Source: Candidatus Komeilibacteria bacterium (GTDB lineage Bacteria; Patescibacteriota; Patescibacteriia; UBA1558; UBA10009). From it: a stretch of 64,000 bases of DNA. The DNA lies in the NCBI GenBank assembly GCA_030688315.1, contig JAUYIT010000027.1:33135-97134 (forward strand), in the 5' to 3' direction. The first letter of the stretch is position 1. The number at the start of each line of letters is the position of its first letter. Below the pieces are notes generated by a model. It did no database searches. It was given only the letters and a program-made list of their open reading frames with translations, and was not told where the DNA came from. Position numbers and translations under genes: made by a program. Below, piece after piece: positions 56,932 through 64,000 of this stretch.

Positions 56932-57915
56932 TTACTTACGATTCGTCTCTTGAAAAGTTGGCGTGAAGAGATTGCAACCATTTTCGTTTTTAGGTATGCC
57001 GTACTTGTCCATAGTAGTATTATCAACCTGATCACACTTCAAGCAATTTGCTTCTCCTAAACGTTGGTTAAAATAACAAACCGCGCCATCTAGATATTCC
57101 GAGCAACCCCTGCCTATACATTCTTGGTTTGTACCCTTAACCTTGGCTTTTTGACCGCAACTAAGATTTTGTCCAATATCATCCTTACCGTCAACTGTAA
57201 CAGCTGCATCGGGTTCACAAAAATCTCCCACCTGCGACTTATTAATTTTACTGACGTCCAGCGGCGAAAATTCAACCAATTTAGGGTTAATCGTATTCAA
57301 AATAAGCCACGAGCCAAGGACTAAAATTAAACCGATGATGGCGCCGATGATAATTTCCTTGGCTTTCGTGATTTTTCCAGAATCGCCGCTGGAAAAAAGC
57401 CATAACAATCCGCCAATAGCGATCATAATAACCGCCACAATACCGGCCACGCCCACTAAAAATTTGTATAAAGCACTAATATAATTTCCAAGCAAACTAT
57501 TATCAACGTTACTGGTTTTAGGAAAACCTGGTAATGAAATATTAGGAGTAAACTTCAAATCCTCCCTAGGAATGGCTCTTTCTCCAACTGCCGAAGGTGC
57601 TGGGCATAAGTCAGAATTATAACAATAATCTAAAGAGCATGTTACACCGCCAACTAATCCTGTTTGACTAGGATCAAGATTAGGATTAGCTATAACCACG
57701 CCTTGACTTTCACATGTTGCTTGTGTTATATACCTGGTACAAGATCTTACTTCTCTATCATCTCCAGCTGACCTATTTATTTCTCTACAAATACAACACT
57801 TACCGCTATCTTCGGATGGACCGATGAAACCCTGGGCTAAAGCATTTTGCGGAACAACAATAAAACCAAGACCTAAAAGGTAAAATGATAATAATACTAT
57901 TTTAACTGATTTCAT
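56932..57915 (-). CDS. secreted Cys-rich protein with internal VirB2/TrbC-like pilin hairpin module (third copy)
   Basis: 327 aa. Signal peptide, Cys-rich N-domain (CCICREINRS...), then LYKFLVGVAGIVAVIMIAIGGLLWLFSSGDSGKITKAKEIIIGAIIGLILVLGSWLIL (two TM plus a basic loop, compare GGEEDKIADAKK in the giant protein), then a Cys-rich C-domain. Confidence 0.7.
   Translation of the reverse strand: MKSVKIVLLSFYLLGLGFIVVPQNALAQGFIGPSEDSGKCCICREINRSAGDDREVRSCTRYITQATCESQGVVIANPNLDPSQTGLVGGVTCSLDYCYNSDLCPAPSAVGERAIPREDLKFTPNISLPGFPKTSNVDNSLLGNYISALYKFLVGVAGIVAVIMIAIGGLLWLFSSGDSGKITKAKEIIIGAIIGLILVLGSWLILNTINPKLVEFSPLDVSKINKSQVGDFCEPDAAVTVDGKDDIGQNLSCGQKAKVKGTNQECIGRGCSEYLDGAVCYFNQRLGEANCLKCDQVDNTTMDKYGIPKNENGCNLFTPTFQETNRK
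57277..57498 (-). other. VirB2/TrbC-like pilin hairpin module inside the 327-aa protein
   Basis: See 33712..34086. Shared G(L)LW(L/M)xSGG(E/D)xxKIxxAKxxIxxAxIGL signature. Confidence 0.55.
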
Positions 57916-57934
57916 AAGACGACTTAATTATATC

Positions 57935-58615
57935 TTACTTTAGCGCCTTTTCCAACTGCTCTAGCGTTATTTCCTGATTAAACCTCTGGTTATTAACAAA
58001 CAAATAAGGCGTGCCGTCTAAACGGAGGCCCTGGCCTTCCTGAAAATCTTCCATAATTAAAGGCAGAGTTTGCTGATTATCATAACACTGGCTGAATTTA
58101 GCCAGATCCAATTTTAAAGCCGAGGCGACTTGGGTATATAAATTTGAACCCAACTGGTCCTGATTGGCGTAAAGGTAATCATGGAATTCCCAGAATTTAT
58201 TTTGAACTTGGGCGCAACGGGCGGCAATGGCCGCGCGCTGGCTTTGCTGATAATCGGGATTGGGATAATCTTTCCAAATCAATAACACATCGGCGGGATG
58301 ATTTTGTAACAGTTGGCCCAAAACTTGTTCCGCGTCCGCGCAATGCGGACACTGAAAATCGCTATAAATAACCAGCTGGTTTTTGGCGGTTGTTTGGCCT
58401 AAAGCCGGGTCGGTGGCTCTTAACACCGGCGCGGTTAACAAGGGTTGAGTTACTTGCTGACTGACATTATTTAACGACTCCAAATATTCTTGATCATCTT
58501 TTAAAACTTTGGCGCCATAATAGTAACGAGTTACAATCAAAATCGTAAAAACAAGCAACAGCCCCAAGGCGAGGTAAACTAAGCGGTTGACTTGTTTGGG
58601 GTTAAGGTCAGACAT
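57935..58615 (-). CDS. membrane-anchored DsbA-family thiol:disulfide oxidoreductase (second copy, inside the T4SS-like operon)
   Basis: 226 aa. TM anchor, active site FQCPHC, DsbA-like C-terminal cis-Pro region (DGTPYLFVNNQ). Confidence 0.8.
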   Translation of the reverse strand: MSDLNPKQVNRLVYLALGLLLVFTILIVTRYYYGAKVLKDDQEYLESLNNVSQQVTQPLLTAPVLRATDPALGQTTAKNQLVIYSDFQCPHCADAEQVLGQLLQNHPADVLLIWKDYPNPDYQQSQRAAIAARCAQVQNKFWEFHDYLYANQDQLGSNLYTQVASALKLDLAKFSQCYDNQQTLPLIMEDFQEGQGLRLDGTPYLFVNNQRFNQEITLEQLEKALK

Positions 58616-58617
58616 GA

Positions 58618-59865
58618 TTACAATTTAATGCTGTAAACCTTCCCGTTATTGGCATCTTGGAAAAACAGGGTTTTTTCATCCGGCGATAAGGAAACATTGC
58701 TAGCGGAATAAGCATTTAAATCGCCCACCGGAGTAGCTAACACCGAAATCTGGCCGGTTTGCAAATCCACTTTGTAAAAAGCATCGGCGGAATTTTTGGC
58801 CAATTGCGGATACAAACCGCTGCCGCTGGGCAAATAATCGGGCACCCCACAATAAGCAGTAATGCCATCGGCGGCCAGAGCGCATTTTTCCGGCCAGGTG
58901 GCTAAGCCCAAATCCAAATTGCCCGCGCCCGCGTTATCGCCGCCGGCCTGGACCGATTGCAGGATTGGTTTAAAATCATTATCGGTGCGGTAAACACTGT
59001 ACAATAGACGATCGCCTTTAGCCGACCATTTGCCTTTAAAGCCGTGACCGTTAACCGTAAGCGATTGAAAATTTTCCTGATTGCGACCGATAAAAATGAC
59101 TTCTTGAGCGTTGTTGCCCGTGTTTTTGCGGTACATAGCCACCATTTGCCCGTTGGGGGACCAGTTGATATCCACATCGGCGGACTTGGCGCCCAACCGT
59201 TCCACAAACTGAATATTGGAACCGTCGGGGTTGGCCGTAACGATCCAGTTATTTTCTTCCTGTGGACCGATAGCCGCGGCCGCCAATTGTCCGGCATCAG
59301 TGGAAAAAGAGAATTTTTCCAGTTCTTTAGGCAAAGCGTATTGCTGTTTTTTAACAAAATCATAAACGATATTGGAACCGTCGGGATATTCCAGCACGGC
59401 GCTGTTGCCTTTAGGCGCCCAGGTAATGTTTTGCACGGCGTAAAAACGCTGATCTGTCAGCTGGCTAACGGATCCGTCCGCGTTGATTTTGTAAAAACGG
59501 CCTTCGGCGGAATTAAAATAATTAACTCCCCCGTTTTGATTGACTGTAGGCGCAACCACGCGCGACGAACTAAAATTGTTAACCAAAGTATAGCTGCCAT
59601 TGGCGGTTTCGGAAACTGTCACGTCTTCCGGGATCTGACTGATAAAAGGCAATCCGGCGTTGACGTTTAAACCACCGACGCGATTAACATTACCTTCCGG
59701 CAATTCCGGCAATTGGCCGGCCGGAGTATTAACGTTAATCAAATTGCCCGGAGGCAAAGCCGCTTGCGGCGGTTTAAAGAAAAAATAATACATTAAATAG
59801 CCAAGACCAATCACCGCGCCCGCGAACAGAATGATGATGATTGTTTTTTTTATTCGTTCATTCAT
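58618..59865 (-). CDS. TM-anchored beta-propeller protein (TolB/PD40-like repeats)
   Basis: 415 aa. N-terminal TM helix, then repeated SP(D/N)G..(I/V)AF-type blades (NWSPNGQMVAMY, SLSPDEKTLFF, TANPDGSNIQF). Confidence 0.6.
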   Translation of the reverse strand: MNERIKKTIIIILFAGAVIGLGYLMYYFFFKPPQAALPPGNLINVNTPAGQLPELPEGNVNRVGGLNVNAGLPFISQIPEDVTVSETANGSYTLVNNFSSSRVVAPTVNQNGGVNYFNSAEGRFYKINADGSVSQLTDQRFYAVQNITWAPKGNSAVLEYPDGSNIVYDFVKKQQYALPKELEKFSFSTDAGQLAAAAIGPQEENNWIVTANPDGSNIQFVERLGAKSADVDINWSPNGQMVAMYRKNTGNNAQEVIFIGRNQENFQSLTVNGHGFKGKWSAKGDRLLYSVYRTDNDFKPILQSVQAGGDNAGAGNLDLGLATWPEKCALAADGITAYCGVPDYLPSGSGLYPQLAKNSADAFYKVDLQTGQISVLATPVGDLNAYSASNVSLSPDEKTLFFQDANNGKVYSIKL

Positions 59866-59879
59866 ATTAATATGGATAA

Positions 59880-60698
59880 TTATTTACCCAAAAATTTTAC
59901 TTTGCCTAATTCCGCCTCCATTTCATCGGCCGCTGACTTTAAACTGCCGATATGCTTATCGTTTTTAATCTTAATCAACAGAACCATAAAAATATAAGTC
60001 GGAAACATAGTAACGAACGGAAGAAACTCCACTAAAATCGCCAAAATGGCCTTACCAGCGAATTTTTTTATTAACCATGTTTTAAACCAAACTCCCTGAA
60101 AGCTGACGACCATTAAAAGGGCCATGGTAATAAAAATATTAACAATTGAACTGCTGATGCCTGTCGGCTCCAGCATATCCCAAAAATCCTTGATAAACGC
60201 CAACAGTATGGCTAGTAAAAAAGAACTGAATCTGCCGGAAGCAATTCCCTGCCTTAAACTTTGACCCAATAAAAATCCTTCTTTGATGGCACCAAGCGGG
60301 GTTTTAATGCTGGCCGCGTTTTTAAAACGCTCGTAATCATGCTTAAACTGTTTATCGCCTAATTCGTTTAAAGATCGGCTTTCCACGATGTTTTGGGCCT
60401 GATTAATAAAACTTTTCGCCCTTTGCCGGTTTGATGGTTGATTGTTTGAGGATTGAGCGGATTGATCTTGAGGCGTTGGTTGATTTTCCTCCTGATCCTG
60501 TTGATTATTGTCAGTCGGTTGGTTAGGAGTCGGCCCCGCTTGAGCGGGCAACGGACTTTGATTCGTCCCTTGTCCGGCAGGTAAAGAAGAAGATTGTTTT
60601 TTATGTCTGCCGCTCTGCCGGTCCTTTTTTTTGACAACGGTCAACAATCTGGCCAACTCTTGTTCTACCCCCTGGTCTAATTTACGGGCATCAGCCAT
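59880..60698 (-). CDS. hypothetical polytopic membrane protein with Q/N/P-rich disordered N-terminus (T4SS-like operon member)
   Basis: 272 aa. Residues ~35-100 are low complexity, and 3-4 TM helices lie in the C-terminal half. Confidence 0.5.
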   Translation of the reverse strand: MADARKLDQGVEQELARLLTVVKKKDRQSGRHKKQSSSLPAGQGTNQSPLPAQAGPTPNQPTDNNQQDQEENQPTPQDQSAQSSNNQPSNRQRAKSFINQAQNIVESRSLNELGDKQFKHDYERFKNAASIKTPLGAIKEGFLLGQSLRQGIASGRFSSFLLAILLAFIKDFWDMLEPTGISSSIVNIFITMALLMVVSFQGVWFKTWLIKKFAGKAILAILVEFLPFVTMFPTYIFMVLLIKIKNDKHIGSLKSAADEMEAELGKVKFLGK

Positions 60699-60716
60699 AC
60701 TATTTAATCAACTTTA

Positions 60717-61292
60717 TTATTCCTGCCAAACGGCGCTATCCACCAACCAGCTGTCGTCGGATTTGACCAATGATAATTCAAGGTCCTGATAATAAACAAA
60801 ATCCTCGGCGCCGTCCTTGCGTTCGCTTCGTTGCAAACTGACCGTAACTTGGGCCGTGCCGGCCCCTTCATCCAAATTAGTGATTTCCGTTTTTAAGGCC
60901 TTGGAAGAAACGCCGTAAAATGTTTGACCGGATGCTGACGTTAACATTTCCGCCTTCAACTGATTGATGTCTAATTGCATGTTGGCGGTAGCCATTAGTT
61001 TGACTTCTTCCAGATTTAAAAACTGGCTGTCGGTAGAAAAACTGGCGTAGCGTTCGGCAAAATTACGGGCCGTGTTGACCGCGGTTTGTTCAGCCGGCTT
61101 AAGAGTAACAATCGACACAATTGGCACCGCGCCTTTGTTGACTTCGGGTACGGCCGTATTAACGTTCTGGTTGGTTTTTGCCTCTGGCTGATTAGGAGTA
61201 AAAAACGACTGATCGGTCAGCAACAAAGCAATGGCCAGCCCGGCCAGAACTAAGACGATAATGGCGATGATGATTATTTTTTTTCTGTTCAT
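60717..61292 (-). CDS. N-terminally TM-anchored extracytoplasmic protein (size and topology compatible with a VirB8-like scaffold; unproven)
   Basis: 191 aa. One TM (IIIIAIIVLVLAGLAIALLL) then a soluble domain. Confidence 0.4.
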   Translation of the reverse strand: MNRKKIIIIAIIVLVLAGLAIALLLTDQSFFTPNQPEAKTNQNVNTAVPEVNKGAVPIVSIVTLKPAEQTAVNTARNFAERYASFSTDSQFLNLEEVKLMATANMQLDINQLKAEMLTSASGQTFYGVSSKALKTEITNLDEGAGTAQVTVSLQRSERKDGAEDFVYYQDLELSLVKSDDSWLVDSAVWQE

Positions 61293-61302
61293 ATAATTTT
61301 AA

Positions 61303-63153
61303 TTATTGCTGGCCGCTCATGGCCGTATCAAATTCCTTTTTAGCCGCTTCAATTTCCAACAGCTGTTTGGGATCGGAAGTAATAATCTGGTCTTCGGTGT
61401 AACTGGCTTTGACTAAAATAGCCACGTGCTTATCGCCCGCGAAAAAGATGCCTTCGCCCACGTTGCCTTCCAACAGTAAATACTTTTCGCCCTCCGTAAG
61501 CATAAAGGTATCCTTAATCATATTAATGCCGGCCGGCGACTGCTTTAACAACAGCTGGAGCGACGAGTTGGTCACGATGGCCTTGCCATAAGGCGAACTC
61601 AAAAAATCCGTCACATCTTGGGTAATGGTGGTTACGCCCAAATAATACTTGCGGCAGCGCTTGACCAAGGCGAAAATGAATTTGGCGCTATCTTCCCTTT
61701 GCATCAGCCACCAGGCCTCATCAATCACTAAAATTCTCTTTTTTAGCTCGCTGCGCACAATTGTCCAGATGTAATTAACAATAGAGTAAATAGCAATGGG
61801 CTTAAGCTCGTCTTCCAAATCGCGCACCGAAAAACAGATCATTTGATTTTTAACGTCAATGTTGGTGGGGCTGTTAAACAAACCGGCAAAAGTTCCGGTG
61901 GTATATTTTTTTAAGCGCATCACCAAAGATTCGCCGCCGGCCATGCCGCCCAGCACTTCTTCAAAATCCCTCATCAGCGGGGCTTCCACGTTGCTTAAAT
62001 CGCTTTCGGGCGTAATATCCTTTTTTGCGTAAGTTTCCAGCAAGGCCCGGTCCACCAAAGAGTCCTCTTCATGGGAAAGCTCCCCGAGCATTAAGCGCAC
62101 CAAACCCTTTAAAGTAATAACCGCGCTGCGGATAATATCGGCCGGTTTACTATCTTCACCGATGCCCTTGGGCAAATCAAACGGATTGAGCTTGGTTTCG
62201 GAATTAAGGGAAATATTGATGTACGCTCCGCCCACCGCGTCGGCCAGATATTTGTATTCGTTTTCCGGATCAATAATCATCACTTCAATACCCATCATCA
62301 TACTGCGTAAAACCTCCAGCTTAATGGCGTAGCTTTTGCCCGCGCCGGAAGTGGCAAATACTACCGAGTTGGGGTTTTGCAAACTAAAACGGTCAAAAAT
62401 TATCAAACTGTTATTGTGGCGGTTAATGCCGTATAAAATGCCGTCATTACCCGTTAGTTCGGAAGAAATAAAAGGGAACGAAGAAGCCACGGGCGAAGAA
62501 TTCATGTTAAACGAAATCTGCAATTCATCATTAGCCAAGGGCAAACAGGAATTAAAGGCCTGCTCCGACTGGTACAAAGCGCGTTTGGAATAAACAAGTT
62601 TGGAGCCAAACAAGGATTCGATTTTTTCCACCATCAATTCCAGTTTTTCTTTGGTATCGGCGTAAATGGTAACATACAAAGCGAACTGAAAAAACTTTTC
62701 CGTGCCCTGAGTTAAATCGTCGCGCAAAGTTTCAATATCCCTTAAGGCCGTTTCACGCAACGGGTCGCGAGGCGCGCCTTTTTCGGCGTCGGCCATCAGC
62801 TGGGCCTGCACCGCGCCGACCTTGTTCTTAAGTTGTTTTAAAATAATTTCCGTTTTAACTGGGTAAAAAAACATGGCCACATCCAAGGGCGAGCTGTAAT
62901 TGATAATGGGCGAAAACCAGCCCACGTTGATGTAACGCGGATAGTTAATGGCAAACAAAGTGGTTAAAAATTTGCCGTTAAGCTCTACCGACCGCGGATC
63001 CACTTTCATGCTGGCCGGGGCGATAATATCCTTAACCGAAGTTACGCCCTCGCGGTAAATTTTTTCCGCCTCCAACAACTCCCGGGCTTCGGTTGAACTA
63101 ACCTTGGCCTGGCTCTTTTTTATTTCTTGTTCCGGTTTTATTTTAAATGCCAT
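61303..63153 (-). CDS. VirB4/TrbE/CagE-family type IV secretion ATPase
   Basis: 616 aa. Walker A FATSGAGKSYAIK, Walker B RILVIDEAWWLM, N-terminal NYPRY(I)NVGWF motif typical of Gram-positive-type VirB4 (PrgJ/TraE/TcpF-like). Confidence 0.88.
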   Translation of the reverse strand: MAFKIKPEQEIKKSQAKVSSTEARELLEAEKIYREGVTSVKDIIAPASMKVDPRSVELNGKFLTTLFAINYPRYINVGWFSPIINYSSPLDVAMFFYPVKTEIILKQLKNKVGAVQAQLMADAEKGAPRDPLRETALRDIETLRDDLTQGTEKFFQFALYVTIYADTKEKLELMVEKIESLFGSKLVYSKRALYQSEQAFNSCLPLANDELQISFNMNSSPVASSFPFISSELTGNDGILYGINRHNNSLIIFDRFSLQNPNSVVFATSGAGKSYAIKLEVLRSMMMGIEVMIIDPENEYKYLADAVGGAYINISLNSETKLNPFDLPKGIGEDSKPADIIRSAVITLKGLVRLMLGELSHEEDSLVDRALLETYAKKDITPESDLSNVEAPLMRDFEEVLGGMAGGESLVMRLKKYTTGTFAGLFNSPTNIDVKNQMICFSVRDLEDELKPIAIYSIVNYIWTIVRSELKKRILVIDEAWWLMQREDSAKFIFALVKRCRKYYLGVTTITQDVTDFLSSPYGKAIVTNSSLQLLLKQSPAGINMIKDTFMLTEGEKYLLLEGNVGEGIFFAGDKHVAILVKASYTEDQIITSDPKQLLEIEAAKKEFDTAMSGQQ

Positions 63154-63162
63154 GTTGATTTG

Positions 63163-63843
63163 TTATTCAACTCTTAATTTATTTATATCCGCCAGTTTTT
63201 GCGCGTCCGCCACTTCGGGATTATAGGTATTGTAAAACAATTCAATCAAACTCTGCGTATCCAAGGGCACCGATTTTAGGCCAATGGACGAAAGGCCGGA
63301 AATCACAAAATCCACCCTTTTCATTAATTCATCGCGGGAACGGTTAAATTTTTTCTGACTCAAGTTAATGGCCCGAGCCGGCGAAATTGCGTCCATGGTC
63401 CGCTCCCAAAACTTCTTTTTTTCATGGTTGGCGCCGCTGTAAGGCACGGCCACGTAAAACTTTTTGGTCATAATTTCGCCCAAATCCAGCAGGTCGCGCA
63501 AAAAGGCGCGGTAATCGGCAATCTGCAAACGCAACAATTCATTGGTCTGTTCTTTTTCCAAATTTTCCAGCTTGGTTAAATAGCCGTCAATATTAAGATT
63601 GCGGGATTGAATCACGATTTGCAAAGGGAATGATAAAGAATTTAAAAAACTGACGTACGCTTGAATAATAGCGTTTTGCTCGTCTTCGCCTTTAAGCGCG
63701 AAGTTAATGGAAGAAACCAGCAGAACCGCGCGCGTGCCGCCATCGCGCAACACCACCGTGTCGTCTTTGATTTCGGCAATGTCCAAATATCGTTGCGTTG
63801 ATTGGCTTGGTTTTGAACCGGCTAATTTGTTTTTTTCAGGCAT
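63163..63843 (-). CDS. VirB4 N-terminal-domain-like protein, in frame with the VirB4 ATPase across a single TAA
   Basis: The segment VLRDGGTRAVLLVSSINFALKGEDEQNAIIQAYVSFLNSLSFPLQIVIQSRN resembles the VirB4/TraC N-terminal region. The track start at 63906 is a TTG and would overlap the upstream gene; the ATG at 63843 (preceded by TATAAT) is preferred. Confidence 0.5.
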   Translation of the reverse strand: MPEKNKLAGSKPSQSTQRYLDIAEIKDDTVVLRDGGTRAVLLVSSINFALKGEDEQNAIIQAYVSFLNSLSFPLQIVIQSRNLNIDGYLTKLENLEKEQTNELLRLQIADYRAFLRDLLDLGEIMTKKFYVAVPYSGANHEKKKFWERTMDAISPARAINLSQKKFNRSRDELMKRVDFVISGLSSIGLKSVPLDTQSLIELFYNTYNPEVADAQKLADINKLRVE

Positions 63844-63844
63844 A

Positions 63845-64000
63845 TTATAATTTAAATGAAACGTCTTTTTCCCGTTCTTCGCCGTGATAAACCCCGCCGG
63901 TATCAATCAACAGGGTCAGCTCGGCCAAATGGGAACGGTTAATGGGACGATGGGTTATGGGAGCAACTGTTGCCGGAGCACCCTGATCGGCATTATCTTT
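63845..64000 (-). CDS. 3' end of an upstream minus-strand gene running off the window (unknown product)
   Basis: The frame is open from the window edge (KDNADQGAPATVAPITHRPINRSHLAELTLLIDTGGVYHGEEREKDVSFKL*) with a TAA at 63845-63847, one nt before the ATG of the next gene. Confidence 0.35.
   Translation of the reverse strand, partial: KDNADQGAPATVAPITHRPINRSHLAELTLLIDTGGVYHGEEREKDVSFKL

Overview
This 64-kb chromosomal segment is about 45% GC and uses the standard genetic code: TGA is a genuine stop for dprA (45134-45136) and rel (48695-48697), and TAA/TAG end the other genes. Gene content and architecture suggest a Candidate Phyla Radiation / Patescibacteria-type bacterium; this is inference (split comEC, weak or no SD sequences, many small membrane proteins, a giant Cys-rich surface protein, T4SS-like genes). 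There is no rRNA and no CRISPR.

Backbone genes are largely on the minus strand: rpsL-rpsG-fusA, an S2P/M50 protease, an ABC exporter, nadK, ndk, a single-domain response regulator, split comEC (channel plus exported MBL nuclease domain), cysS, prfB, nrdR, ftsZ, ftsA, ybeY, rpsU-yqeY, hisS, lepB, an LCP ligase, der, pth, dprA, yhhQ, folC-like, a short rel, parAB, recG, radA and three tRNAs (Pro-GGG, Val-CAC, Leu-CAA).

Two accessory loci stand out.
(i) 22.5-35.9 kb is a surface-protein island between ybeY and rpsU-yqeY. It holds a 3123-aa Cys-rich giant protein (Ig-like, IPT/TIG, coiled coil, CGDG...EQCD Cys repeats, C-terminal lectin-like domain) and a 592-aa paralogue. Both begin with the same ~120-aa signal peptide plus two-helix hairpin module with VirB2/TrbC-pilin topology. 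Two TM-anchored paralogues carrying a pseudopilin-like core and thrombospondin-type-3 Ca-binding repeats lie alongside.
(ii) 54.8-64 kb holds an RHH/RelE-like TA pair, a Bro-N protein and a tightly packed T4SS-like operon. The operon encodes a VirB4-family ATPase preceded in frame by a VirB4-N-like ORF, membrane proteins, a TolB-like propeller, a second DsbA, a third copy of the pilin hairpin module embedded in a Cys-rich protein, and a Cys-rich LAS-peptidase-like ORF separated from it only by one in-frame TAA.

A modular family of GC-rich nested-palindrome (MITE/REP-like) repeats occupies at least seven sites, including rpsG-fusA, ftsA-ftsZ, recG-radA and the gap between the two pilin-module paralogues. 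A promoter- and terminator-bounded candidate ncRNA lies at 8.76-9.05 kb.
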